Source: Microthyrium microscopicum (lineage: Eukaryota). From it: a DNA stretch of 64,000 nucleotides. The DNA lies in NCBI GenBank assembly GCA_010405405.1, contig MU004230.1, forward strand, positions 654,627 through 718,626, written 5' to 3'. The notes below the pieces were generated by a model that was not told where the DNA came from, did not search any database, and was given only the letters and a program-made list of their open reading frames with translations. Below are positions 25,982 to 38,554 of the stretch, piece after piece. Both the position numbers and the translations under genes were made by a program. Numbering within the stretch: position 1 is the stretch's first letter; every line of letters starts with the position of its first letter.

Positions 25982-26325
25982 GGTAAATTTAGAAGTGGCT
26001 TTTCTCAGCCTTGCGTCAGGGGAAGTTGGTGCCGAATGCGGGATGCCCAATTCTCGCGAACAGACTGAATTTGAGGCTTGTCGGTAATAGAAAACGCGAG
26101 TGATGATTTGGCTCGTTGAAATGTTAGCACAAGGAGAATTATTATACAGTCAGTCTGCTGGATAGAAAATTTGGGAACTTTGGACAACTGCCGTCCAAAT
26201 TTGTAGCAATTAAAAATGCGCCAATCCACTTTCGGACTAGCGCAGCTCACGCAACTCTTCGCCTTCAAGTCTTCTGATACCTAATCTCATCCTGGTGGCC
26301 CTCGCATACATCTACATGCACAAAA

Positions 26326-29300
26326 ATGGCAGATATCGCCAGGTATCTGTACGCGAGAGACAATAGCAATCCCAAAGAAGCCTTCTTAGTTGCCCAACAA
26401 GCTGCCAAACGTGAGCTCAACTAACCGTCTAACCACTAACAAGATTCAAATATTTACTATTCTCTATAGGTATCGAAAACAAGGAGCTTAAACTTGTCGA
26501 CCTAATAGCAGGGCTTGGTGAATATCTCAACCATGAGAGTGCCATCACACGGGACCGGAGTATGTCTTTCTTTGATTCTGAAGTAACTGCTTTGCTTATG
26601 ATATCTTAGCGATGGCCTTCCTGGCGGACGTTCTAGGAGAGATTCCGAACGGAATTTTACCAAGACAACATAGTGCGTTACTATTCGGAAAGACCTTCTT
26701 GTAACTCAAATTGTCTAACATGAAGTCAGGAGTTCTCCTGCTCGACTTCGTTATCTCCAGGATAGAGGACCGCGAGGTTGGCATTGGGAGTTGTGCCAAA
26801 GCACTATTGGCTCTTGAAAACCGCGGACAATGGGACTCTGCACGAGCGGCTCAGGTTATGACATCGTATGTCTTTCTCATCTCTGCCTAGGCTTAGCACT
26901 AAGTATTGTAGATTATTGGAAAACACCTACCCACTAAATGAGGCTGGATCCCAGGAACAGAGATATCAAGTTCTTGTCTTGATAGATCTACTCATGGCTA
27001 AATACCGCGATGGTGAGACTGGAAAGCTCTATATCGGCACATCTAACTATTCACAGCAATGCTCACCTTGCATCAAGGAAGCCGAGACTTTCTTCCAAGA
27101 TTTATTGCTTACTTCGATGGAGAGAAGGATCCACGAAATTTGATGATAGTATTCGCCGTTCTTGCGGTTATCAGTACGGAGTGGGACATTTCTGTCTGCG
27201 TGCAGGTAAAGTCCACATCAAACCGTTGATCAATATATCCTAATGCCGCGATTAGCAAGTCTTTGATGCAGCATTCAACTACTTTCCAATCACTTTCCGC
27301 CCACCTCAAGATGATCGGTACAAGATTACGGCTCAAGATCTCAAAGATAGACTACGGGCATGTATTTCTGCCAACTCTGGCTTCGCCCCATATGCATATC
27401 CTGCCCTCTTAGATAAGCTCGATTCGACTGCGGTCAATACTAAGGTACGCAAAACAGCATCTTTAACTGTATCGACACTAATTGCTCCAGCGAGACGTAT
27501 TACAAGCCATACATGACACGATTATAAGCTATGGACCACGCACTGTAGCTCTGTATTCTATCACGCTATGGGATGCAGTCAAGTATGAAATATTACAAGT
27601 GCAAGAAGACGACCTGGCTGTTGAGTCGCTACGTGTTCTTGCAGGCATTAGCATGGCACTAGACAAAGGCTCGAGAGATGGTCTTGTTGCCTATTTGAAA
27701 CCAGTCATAAAAGAATCCAACGAGCATCTCGAGGATGCTCCCACCAAACAGTCCGACGCGGCATGCCGGATACTTTACAGCATCGCCTCATCTACTGCAG
27801 ACTCATGCAACATCATCATAGCAGGAGTTTTGCCTCACTTATTCCAGCTTTATCAGGCCACGGAGGACGTTCCCAAGAAGAGAAGTCTGGTTCAAGTGCT
27901 TGCAAAACTGATTGAAGCGACCTGTGTTGTGTTTGGAGATTGGCAAAGGGCTCCTCCTCTCAATGAAGATGATACCCCTACTGTCTCTATCGTGTATGGT
28001 CGAGCTGCAAACAGCTCTTTGAAAGAGTTCTCTAATCAAGCCTTCGAATTACTTACTAGAGCTCTGGTCGGGGCGCCAGTAAGAACTGTCTCTTTCCGGT
28101 TATCGCTGCTGGATACTACTCTACAGTTGAGCAAAGCTCGAGAAATTCTAAACGATTCACAGATCTCCAGCCTCATCCGCCTACTCAACGACATAATACT
28201 AGTCGAAGAATCGTATGGAAAAGATGAGATCAAGGTTAAAGCAACAGACGCATTGGTCGAAATTGCAAAGCAAAAACCGCAGTTGGTCATTGACCATTCA
28301 TTCCCAGCATTTCTTTCAAAATTGCCGGATACCGACATCAACTACACTGAGCGATATGTACCTGTTCTTGAAGCTTTTTCCAAATTCGGCGTAGAGGGTA
28401 ACATCTTCAACACTGTTGTATTACGCTTGAAGAACAAACTCAACGCTGCAGTACACCAAGGGGCATCAGCGAGCTACATCCAGGCTATATTATCAGCCTT
28501 GATTTACGTCTTTACTCATACAGATACCTCTCTATGTGGAACGGATGAAACATGTCCTTTCTACTTAGATGTAGTTCAACCTCTTCTCACCACAACCGTC
28601 CAGCAAACACCAGCCGATGCACAAGCCGATCTTACGCTGGGCTTGATCGGTCGCCTCTGCAATGAGATTCTTCGACATCAATCCGCCAAATTCCAACAAA
28701 AGTCTCTAGTAGATCATGTTCTCAATCAGCCACCAGTCATCGCCACTTATTTGCTGGCAGCATGTCGGAGAGAGGTCTCTTTCCAAATCGACATTCCGAC
28801 GAAAATCAGATCCCTGATAACGCCCAATGGTAGCACTGCTTCCGAATTGCAACAGATCAGTCTATGGGTCAACAAATTCTTCCCCTCCGCTGAGTTGAAA
28901 ACGAAACTTAAACCGATCCTAGATGAGATTCTTGGCTCGAAATCCGATCAGAAACTCAGCCAATCTGACATTCGCGTGGCATTTGCATTATTGAATGCTC
29001 TCATTTTTCGCAACGCACCTCTTCTTGGCGCCATATTCCCAATTCTTCTTACCGCATTGGCAGACCCTGACACTGGTGATTCAGTTGCCCATGGGTTTTC
29101 AGCACTGCTTCAACCAAGCCAGATTTTGACCAAGGAAAATCACTGTGTTTTATCAGTGCTCTACAAGCAGAAGACATTCGCCATTTTGGTACCTGACATT
29201 GCGACCCAGGTACGAACTACCAATCCCGAATTGAAAAGAAACTATCTCGTAGCACTATCGGGAATTCTGCGTTGGCTGCCATTTGCCGTAATAGAGCCTG

Positions 29301-29680
29301 AGGTCTCTACACTCATTCCCTTACTTCTTCAGACTCTGGACCTCAAAGGCGAAGAAGATATTCGTGCTGGAGCGGTTGATGAACTTACATCCATTCTCGA
29401 GAATAATGACGGGCTCAATGAACATGCTAGCAGTGTGATCTCTCGGCTCCTGAGCTGCACTGGTGCTGGAAACCCTCCAACGTTAAGGGCCAAGGCTTTG
29501 AGATGCTTGTTACTCGTCACAGAGCATCTGAAATTGGAGAACATCCTGCCATACCGCAAGTCTGTTATCAAGAGCCTCACAGCAGCACTTGATGACCGAA
29601 AGCGAAGTGTTAGATCGGAAGCAGTCAAGTGTAGAAGAAAATGGATAGAGCTCGACCAGGTCGGGGACGAGGATGATTAG
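26326..29680 (+). CDS. mms19: MMS19/Met18 cytosolic Fe-S cluster assembly targeting factor (multi-exon)
   Basis: FDGEKDPRNLMIVF, FNYFPITFRPP, LLDKLDST, LWDAVKYE, C-terminal LDDRKRSVRSEAVKCRRKW HEAT region. Confidence 0.92.
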
Positions 29681-29794
29681 ATATTCGACTTGGGTATAGC
29701 GAGATTGTGTTATACTACACATAAGTATACAATGACCACCAAGAGCTCCTGAAGATGCTAAATAGTACAAACCCCACGTAATATCTCAAAGATC

Positions 29795-30426
29795 TCATCT
29801 CATTCCTCTCAAGAAATTGTCCTCCTTTATTTTTGCCCTCCGTTCTGCGCGCAGGGCCATTGTGATTTGTTTTAATTCACCTTGATATGCCGCTATCGAC
29901 TCATCTGAGCCATCTGACACAGGCAGATCAATCGACTGTTGATGTATTGGGATTTCGACTGCCGTGGCAACCTTATCCTGTCCCCTTTTCGACTTTTTCG
30001 ACTTTTTGTTTACTACAGCACATTAGCATTATCCTATACAGATGCAACTTTTCTCCACATACGCTTCGCCTCCGCCTTGCTCCCCTTCGCAGGCGCTCCC
30101 TTGATCTCGTCCAGCACACCCCATAGCCAGTCCGGATACTCATGGTCCTCCATCGCCACCGGATCTTGCTTGTCTTTGTAGATGTTTATTCCCTTCAGCA
30201 CCGTGCCCGCTGGTATGCTGGACACCACACTCGGCCCTGGCGTCTTCTTCTCGGCTACTACTGGTGCCGGGCCTGCGCGCGCACTCGGGGACATGGCAGC
30301 GGGTATGGTGAAGGGTTCGGCTGCATCACTTCGTGCAGGTATCGAGGAGAAGGCGGCGCGCATTGATGGCAGCGCTCGCCCTGAGCCGTTGCGGGCGAGG
30401 GTGAATAGACAGCGGGGACAGATCAT
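29795..30426 (-). CDS. mrpl37: Mitochondrial large ribosomal subunit protein mL54 (yeast MrpL37)
   Basis: Mitochondrial presequence [23 protein letters not shown]...EYPDWLW; second exon ends [14 protein letters not shown]. Confidence 0.88.
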
Positions 30427-31768
30427 GGCGGGGTCGTCATATGAGATATATGGTATGTGGTGACTGGGGATTGGATGGGTGTTTGTAGATTGCTAGGGTG
30501 ATATTGGCTATTTGAGATGTTGTGTATGAGGTACGGTAGGGTCGAATCAATGGAAGTCATCTCGAAGTTTTTTGGACAGGGGTCTGGATGATGTTAGTAA
30601 GCCAGGAGTAAGCGAATCTTGCATGAGGTCTGGCCTGTCTGGCTAGCCTCTTTCGAGATAGTCGAGATCGTTAGCTTGGTTAGCATCTTTGATCCAACTT
30701 CAACTCCATGCGCTCAAATATCATGTCTGTGATCATAACAGGAATCTTGATTTAATTAATCAGCCGCCTTCCAGGTTTGGACTCCTGGCGGCGCTGTTAG
30801 ATCCCTCACGGGACTCCCACGAGTCCTTCACAGCTTACGATCAAGCTCGGACAAGTCATTACATTTCGACCGGCCGATCTGCGTCCAGGACTCCAGGGAC
30901 ATGCCTCGATCTCGTAACTCCTCGGTACCTACAGAACGTGGTATCCTCTAGCGATTGACATATTGAGGGTGCATCGCTGAGTACCATCCGTCTTGTGATG
31001 TCTGCTCTTCGCGGCCTATTCTGGAGAATCTGTATCCTGATCGAGCCGATCTCGTAAGAACCTGGCCATTTGTGTCTCTTTTTCGACATGATCTTATAGC
31101 AATACCCCCCGAATGCTTCCATTCTCCATGCCTGGTAGCCATGTCGACTGTATAGGCTCATAATACCCCTTCTCTAGTTTATCTATTGTTATCTAAGTTT
31201 GTTCCTAGCTTGTCGCACCTTTCTCTTCCCATTCATCGGGCTGCGACACACTGCTTACCCCACATATAGTATCACAGGTATCGTGGGCCATGACTCTCGT
31301 CGCGAACATGGCTCACAACAGTGATGGCAGCCAGTGCGAGAGCCATGTTGATTGGTGCTTTCATGCCGACCACCTTCTAGAGCTGGCATCATAGGAGCAC
31401 AGGCCCTGGTAGAGGATTCTAAATCGCTGGTTCCTACTAGGGCTCTACTGTATATTGCAGACGTTCCTCTGGCCCTTCAGCCATCACCCTCGAGCCCCGG
31501 GAGATAGCAATTTATCTATTGCTGAATACAGTGCTCGCCGTGCCGCTTTCTTTCTCGTCGGTTTTGAGATCCCTCTACGCTGCTTCGTCCGCTGCCCTGT
31601 TGACAACTTGTTCATCACTGCATGTACTCCGCTTTTGATCTCTTAACCAACACTACGCCACCCACATCACACCCTCTGGTTCGCCATCCATCGCCTAATA
31701 CTGTCGTTGATGTCATGTCGACGTACAGGCTCTCCAACGCTCATCTTATATAACCTACAATCGTCGAG

Positions 31769-33559
31769 ATGTCGGATTCTGGGTCGTCGGCTGCATCAAA
31801 ACCTTCCGGAAGCTCGGGAAACACTGGAGGAAATGCAATTGTAGACACTTCGAGCGCCTTACCACCACCCAAGTCGACAGTACCAGTTCAAGTCAGCTCC
31901 GCTGCTCCAGCTCCAGCATCAACGCCTGCACCAGAACCTTCATCAGCCCCTGCGCCAAGTTCCGTGGCAGAACAACCACCACCTCCTCCACCTCCACCTC
32001 CACCTCCACCACAAACGACACAGGCAGCGCCACCACCAAAATCATCACCGCCAAAACCATCAACTATCATTCCACCAATAGCGATATCTCCTAGTGCATC
32101 ATCACGGACCCGTGATGCCCCGTCTGTAGTATCTTCACAGACTCCCATCCAAGTTTCTCTTCAGTCACAACCAAGCGAACAACCGCAGCAAACACCGATT
32201 CAATCTGAAGTGACAGTGACCAGCATAACTTCCTCAACTCGAGGAGCCAAGAGTTCGTCGTCAGCAGCATCAAAATCAACGGGAGCAGTTCCTCCCCCAG
32301 CGAGTGGTGGATCTCCCTTTGATCCAAAGGCTACACAATCTGACGATGGAAAGCCTCACAAATCTTCTGGGTCTAAGGTAGCAGGGGTAATTGGAGGCCT
32401 CTCTGCTGCAATTCTCGTGGGTTTGATCATTTTTTTTGTGTGGAAATGGAAGACCAAAGGAAGATATCGCTTCAATAAGCGTAATTCGTTTGATCCTTAT
32501 GGTAATGGTATTGATGCCAACCGTGGTGGATTACTGGTCTCTTCTGTACCTCCGGGAGATAAGCCAACCACCTGTAAGTTACAGGCAATTTTTGGCACTG
32601 AAATGAACGCTAATTTTCGTGTAGACTCTGATGACAACTCACCAACGCGGTATCAACAACCAGCTAATGATCTAAACCGGGAGCCAAAGCTTCCGGTATT
32701 AGGGGATAGTCCACCTCAGAATAGAGCCTTCCTAGATCTATCACCGCCACCTACTGCAAGGACAGGTCCTCCAGGCCCAGGAAATTATACTGATCGCAGA
32801 GATCATTTCCCTGTTCCAGAAATGGCCTTGGCTGGTGCTGCAATGATGAGACCATCACCATCCCAACGGCAGCCTCCTGTACTTTACGATCGACGAAGGT
32901 TGCCTCTTCCTCCATCAATGCGTCGCAATCGTTCCCCTCCAAACCGCACTTATAATGCTGGTGCAGTTGAACTACAAGCAACTCCAAGCCCTTCAAGTTC
33001 ACCCCCGGGCCCAGGAATTAGTCCTTCATTGGATCCCTTCAATAGACCCTCAACGAGTCTGGGATTCAATCAGCCAAAGATAGGTCACCCGCGAAGCAAC
33101 ACCATAAGTAGTCAAATGCCAACTCAGCCGCCAGATACTGCGCAGTTTGACTGGAATTCACGAGTACGAAGAAGTATGTCGTTGAGCAATATTAATCCAT
33201 CACCATTCCGAAATCCTCAAGATCCACTCTCCATGCATCCAGTCATTCAAGAAGTTCCTGCCGACGCCACGTCACCAATTCATCCATCGGGTCTAGCTCC
33301 GAGACGCTCGTCTTTTTCATCGCCACTAAGACCTTCCATGATTTCCCGGGCATCCAGTAACGGTTTCTGGGACGACGGGGTTGAAAAACCACGACAGCTT
33401 TTCGTGAGAAATCCTAGTCCTCCTCCTGCGGTTCCTGCTGTTCCTGCGGCTCCTGCAGAGAAGAATCGCAAGCAGTTGGGTGAGATGGTGCGACGAATTG
33501 GCAGTGTTCGCCAGGGTGAACAGCACCACAAGCCCGAATTTGCAGCGAAGAACTTTTAA
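31769..33559 (+). CDS. Pro/Ser/Thr-rich single-pass membrane protein, unknown function (probable in-frame intron 32574-32624)
   Basis: 596-codon ORF; low-complexity N-half, TM VAGVIGGLSAAILVGLIIFFVW followed by KWKTK, Pro-rich C-half. Confidence 0.8.
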   Translation: MSDSGSSAASKPSGSSGNTGGNAIVDTSSALPPPKSTVPVQVSSAAPAPASTPAPEPSSAPAPSSVAEQPPPPPPPPPPPPQTTQAAPPPKSSPPKPSTIIPPIAISPSASSRTRDAPSVVSSQTPIQVSLQSQPSEQPQQTPIQSEVTVTSITSSTRGAKSSSSAASKSTGAVPPPASGGSPFDPKATQSDDGKPHKSSGSKVAGVIGGLSAAILVGLIIFFVWKWKTKGRYRFNKRNSFDPYGNGIDANRGGLLVSSVPPGDKPTTCKLQAIFGTEMNANFRVDSDDNSPTRYQQPANDLNREPKLPVLGDSPPQNRAFLDLSPPPTARTGPPGPGNYTDRRDHFPVPEMALAGAAMMRPSPSQRQPPVLYDRRRLPLPPSMRRNRSPPNRTYNAGAVELQATPSPSSSPPGPGISPSLDPFNRPSTSLGFNQPKIGHPRSNTISSQMPTQPPDTAQFDWNSRVRRSMSLSNINPSPFRNPQDPLSMHPVIQEVPADATSPIHPSGLAPRRSSFSSPLRPSMISRASSNGFWDDGVEKPRQLFVRNPSPPPAVPAVPAAPAEKNRKQLGEMVRRIGSVRQGEQHHKPEFAAKNF

Positions 33560-34794
33560 AGATCCAGAAAACGCAACAAAAACATAGAAAAGGGAAGGAA
33601 ACCTCCCAATTTGAATTACAAATCATAGCACTATACCCTCGCTTTACTCTACTCTGCCAAAGCATGGCGGAGAGTACAGCGTTTTCAAAGGTCTCCAGCA
33701 TTGTGCAATGGAGATGCAAGCGAGACACTGGAAATTGCAGGTCTCTTTTTATCGCATTGATCAGCAAGTCCTTAGGCATTTGCATTGTTTGCCTGCTTTT
33801 CTTTTTGCAGTTAACATGTACAAATAGCTGTTCATAACTCGCAAGACGTCCACGATTTTCATTTTGATTGGGATGCACAGAATCGGCGCCAAGCGTAGAA
33901 GAGAATGTTGGCATTCTTGGGATATTTTGAAGCGGCATGTATCTAGATAAGTGCATCTTGGAACAATTGAACTGCCCTCATCGACCAAACTTATGATGCT
34001 TCAGTTACGTGTTACCTTGAATGTGCCAAGTTGGAGGGAGTAACTTGCCCTGACTTTCAACGACGAGGACTGTCCAAATTTCGCTTCGCTTCCCCACCAA
34101 ATTTCAACAATCGATTTGAAATCTCGAATGACATTGGTGGGTTCTTATCTTCATTATGTGAAAGCTGACATGTCATGGTCTCATAGCTGCGAATATCCGA
34201 ACTCACCACCAAACTTTGATCATCCTGCAATGAACCATAAGCGCCAAAAGCAAAGGCACCACCCAGTGCTCCAAGAGTGATGAAGTCACAAACAACTACC
34301 TTATTAGAGAGAAACAATTATGCGTTCTATCCTTGCAACAGGCTACGAGCGAAAAAGTCAACAGCGTTTCGCTGACCAACCAACAAGCTCACCAAGAGCT
34401 TCCGTTTCAGAACACTTTCGGATCCTCACGAACACCAAAGTTCTAGGCCATATCATTTGGTCTTAATGCCTCCAAATCTGCCGAGCCATCTTTAAGGCTT
34501 CTTGCCACGTTAGTAGGAAGCTGCAGCTTTGAGACACGCGACCGGCACAAACGCCAAAGCCACTTCCTGCTCTCCAAGTCCCTGTTTAACCGGCGAGACG
34601 GGGACCTGGGGTCGAGAACAATGGTATTGCGTGGCTATTGGGTAAACATGGAGTTTCTCACAGCTGTACAAAATGAATTGGTCTCCACTAGCACCGTTGC
34701 GAAAAGGGTAGCGCGGGCTGCTCCTTTTTCCCTGGTACATTTCTTCGACGCTTCATTTGCTCCCCTGTAAGGCTGGTCCTTGTGTTCTATCACG

Positions 34795-37083
34795 ATGCAT
34801 CCCTTTTCAATTCTTGCGACATGCTCGCTTTTGGTGGCCAATGTTTTGGCTCATCACGTATTGCACGAGAAGAGAGGGTTGTCGCCAGCTGATTGGGAAA
34901 TGAAGAAGAATGTGGACTTATCAAGTGTGATTCCGCTCAAGATTGCTTTGAAGCAAAAGGATCTACATCTGGGCGAGAAGTTCTTGTATGATGTCTCGCA
35001 TCCAAGGAGTCGGAATTATGGAAAACATTGGACAGCAAAGGAAGTGGCAGAGAAGTTCGCTCCCAGGTATATTGATCCCCCATAAGATCTCTTCATATGC
35101 CACAGCATGTGAAGATTTAATATCATATGCACATGCTGATACTATCGCAGTCAAGCATCTGTAAAGGCTGTCAAAGACTGGCTCCACGGCTCAGGAATAA
35201 ACCCGATGAGGATAAAACAGGCGCAAAGTCTAGGCTGGCTACATGTCAACACTACAGTCAGAGAAGCTCAAACTCTACTCAAGACAGAGTACTTCGTCTA
35301 TGAGCATACAGTGACTGGAATCCCGCATATTGCCTGCAATGAATATCACGTACCAATCGAAGTATCAGCACATGTCGACTTTATCACACCCACAGTTCAT
35401 TTTGATACTCCCATGAATATCAAGCACCGGAGATCTGTGCGACCACCACCAGCTCCACCAGCCAAGAAACGAGACCGTCAGATTAGGAGACGAAATGTTC
35501 GAACTTTGGCTGATGCTCAAGCTGTGGTAGACACTGATGGAGAAGTCCCAATGCAGCGAGCGGGTGTTACCAAAGAGCTTGGTACTTCCCTTGGATCTCT
35601 TCCTAAGCAAGGTGCCATTCTGGCAGATAATGCTGATGTTGGCGGAAGACTGGACCGATGTGATCAGGCAATCACCCCTGCTTGTCTGAGAGCATTATAT
35701 GGCTACAACGAGTCCATGGCGGGCGGTAATGCCAAAAACAGCTATGGGTAAGTTATATAATCTTTTTTCGCGTGCTGATGGGAGCTGATAGACAGTAGCA
35801 TCGTCGAGTACTCACCACAATCATATAACCAACAGGATCTTGACAAGTACTTCAGCAATTTCTCGCGACCTGCCATGGGATCTCAGCCCGTCCTCAGACC
35901 AATTGACGGTGGAGTAGTTCTCCCAGCTAACCGAAGCTTCAACATCAACGGAGAATCCAATCTGGACTTGGAATATGCCATGGCCATCGTTGCACCCATG
36001 AAAGTCAATCTGTACCAAGTTGGTGATGATGTCCAAGGTGCTTCATTCAACAACTTCCTCGATGCTCTTGATTCCAGTTACTGCAAATTCGAGGGCGGCG
36101 ACGACCCAACTCAAGATGCCGTCTACCCGACTCCGCTCGAGGGATATATCGGACCTGCACAATGCGGCGGTTTTGCAGCCTCGAAAGTTATCTCTACATC
36201 ATATGGATACAACGAGGCGGACTTGACACCTGCATACGCAGACAGACAATGTGCCGAGTATCTTAAGCTGGCTCTACAAGGAGTGACAATCCTTTACTCC
36301 TCCGGCGATTTCGGTGTTGCCGGCAATATGGGACGTTGCATCGACCCCAAGACTGGAAACTTCACCCGGACAAATGCAACAGATGGTGTCTTCAATCCAA
36401 GCTTCCCCAGCGGTTGCCCGTGGGTAACATCAGTAGGCGCAACGGAAGTGCCCCCCGCGACCAACGTCGTCCAAGCTTTGGCAAGCAATACTCAGCCTGA
36501 AGTTGCCTGCGAGACAGTCATTCGCTCCGGCGGTGGATTCAGCAACATGTTTGAAATGCCAGAATATCAAAAAGTAGCCGTCAAAGGCTGGTTTTCAGAC
36601 CATCCACCAGTCTACGGCGCTAGCTTGTTCAATAATACGCAGAAGACAAGGGGTTTTCCTGATATTGCTGTAAATGGTGCAAACTATGTCATTACAGTTG
36701 GCGGTAACTTCTCACTCATCTATGGAACGAGCGCCAGTGCGCCAGCATTGGGTGGTATACTCACCTTGATCAACGAGCAAAGGCTGAATGCTGGAAAAAA
36801 CACAATTGGTTTCATCAATCCAGTCCTATACGAGAATCCACAGTAAGTTGCGCTCCGATCTGACCGTGGATTTCGCTGACATATCTTTCTAGAATGATGA
36901 AGGATGTCGTAAAAGGTCAAAATCGAGGCTGTGGTACTACAGGATTTGATGCAACCACAGGCTGGTAAGTCTAGTGACTTATATATCAATGTCAGTTCAC
37001 TAACAGTACCTAGGGACCCGTTGACTGGACTTGGGACGCCCATATTCCCCAAAATGCTCGAAGTATTTATGGGATTGCCTTGA
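34795..37083 (+). CDS. Secreted sedolisin (peptidase S53; aorsin/tripeptidyl-peptidase-like)
   Basis: Signal peptide + HVLHEKR; pro-domain VSHPRSRNYGKHW; ESNLDLEY (Glu/Asp), SSGDFGV, GTSASAP (Ser), GWDPLTGLGTP. Confidence 0.93.
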
Positions 37084-37449
37084 GACAAGTTTTACGGCAA
37101 AAGAGAGAATTTCTACACTGCTGATCTAAGTGACAACTTTACTTCGATCTTGTTGATACCACTATCTTTAATTTTCTACAGGGAAGAATTGTCGAAGCCT
37201 CATGGCCCCAAAAGCTCGTATGTTTGCGAGCTGGGCCCACTTCGCTTTCAAAAGCATTCTTTAGATATACATCTAGATCCGACAAAGTTTCGGACATATC
37301 AGATACCCCAACATATTCATTACATAGTTTCAATCAATATCTCTGATTCTACGGAGTACTTGCTCTCTACATGCCTGGAAAAGACTAGTGATAAGGCTGA
37401 CCATAAGGCTGCGGCACGTGCGCAACCCCTGTGTGCCACCAATTAAATA

Positions 37450-37466
37450 ACGCGCGCGACACGCGC
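37450..37466 (+). promoter_or_regulatory. MCB-like ACGCG elements upstream of dUTPase
   Basis: ACGCGCGCGACACGCG ~45-60 bp before the first ATG; ACGCG-core elements are the MBF sites typical of fungal G1/S genes (inference). Confidence 0.45.
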
Positions 37467-37509
37467 CTCCATCAACACTCAATTCTGATCTCGCATTTCA
37501 GAGCACACA

Positions 37510-38264
37510 ATGGCGACTCCACTTCCAAATCTAATTCACGATCCTCCTAGCTTGCCGTCCTCACCTCACCACAAGAAAACTAAAGTCATTGACCCCGTCG
37601 CCCTCGCACTTGGTAAGTTGTCGGCTACAAGACAAAGGACATTCAACTGATACTTGAACAGCTGAATCAAGTGGTCGCGAAACACCCACTCCTATAGCCA
37701 TGGCCTCAAACACACTCCAGAACAGCACCAACTCACTTGGTCCACTACAAGTGCAGCTCCTCTCAGCCAAAGGTCGCGCGCCAACCCGAGGAAGCGCATA
37801 CGCGGCTGGCTACGACATTTACAGCTCAACAGACATCGTGGTGCCTGGGCGGGGCAAGGCTGTGGTTGACACGGATATGTCAATTGCAGTACCGGAAGGA
37901 ACATGTATTTTTTGATTACATTAGGAAAGTTGCAAGAGCTCGAGCTGACGTTGGAATAGATGGTCGCATTGCTCCTCGTTCTGGCTTAGCCGCCAAACAT
38001 AGCATTGATACACTGGCCGGTGTCATTGATGCAGACTACCGTGGTCCCGTCAAGGTGCTGTTAGCGAACTTATCGGATGTCGACTTTGAGATCAAGGAAG
38101 GAGACCGCATTGCTCAGCTTATCATTGAGCGCATATACACGCCCGACGTCGCGGTGGTGGAAAAGCTGCCAGATACCGTCCGTGGCGCCGGAGGGTTTGG
38201 TAGCACCGGTGGGTTTGGTGCGAAGATTACCGCACCCACTACCGAAGGAGCTCCAACTGCGTAA
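37510..38264 (+). CDS. dut1: dUTP pyrophosphatase (3 exons; second in-frame ATG at 37700)
   Basis: [43 protein letters not shown] motifs. Confidence 0.96.
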
Positions 38265-38554
38265 TACGCTGGGGCATTGGCTTCACTGCACGAATGTCAT
38301 GATCACTGGATGTCCTTTCTGATTGTAATGGACGATGTTGGAAGGCGGTCTAGGAAAGTATGACTAGAATTAAAAGGATGCTAATGGTATAGTGAGCTCG
38401 TCCCATAAGTAAAAACCAATCCAAGGATTCATTATATAATGGCAGCTTGCGACTCGGACTACCCTGTAGAAATGTGCTTCACTTCTTAGCAAAACGTGGC
38501 CCCTGAGTACTTGCCCCGTGGGTTATACCACCGACAGCTATGTATAGACAACCA

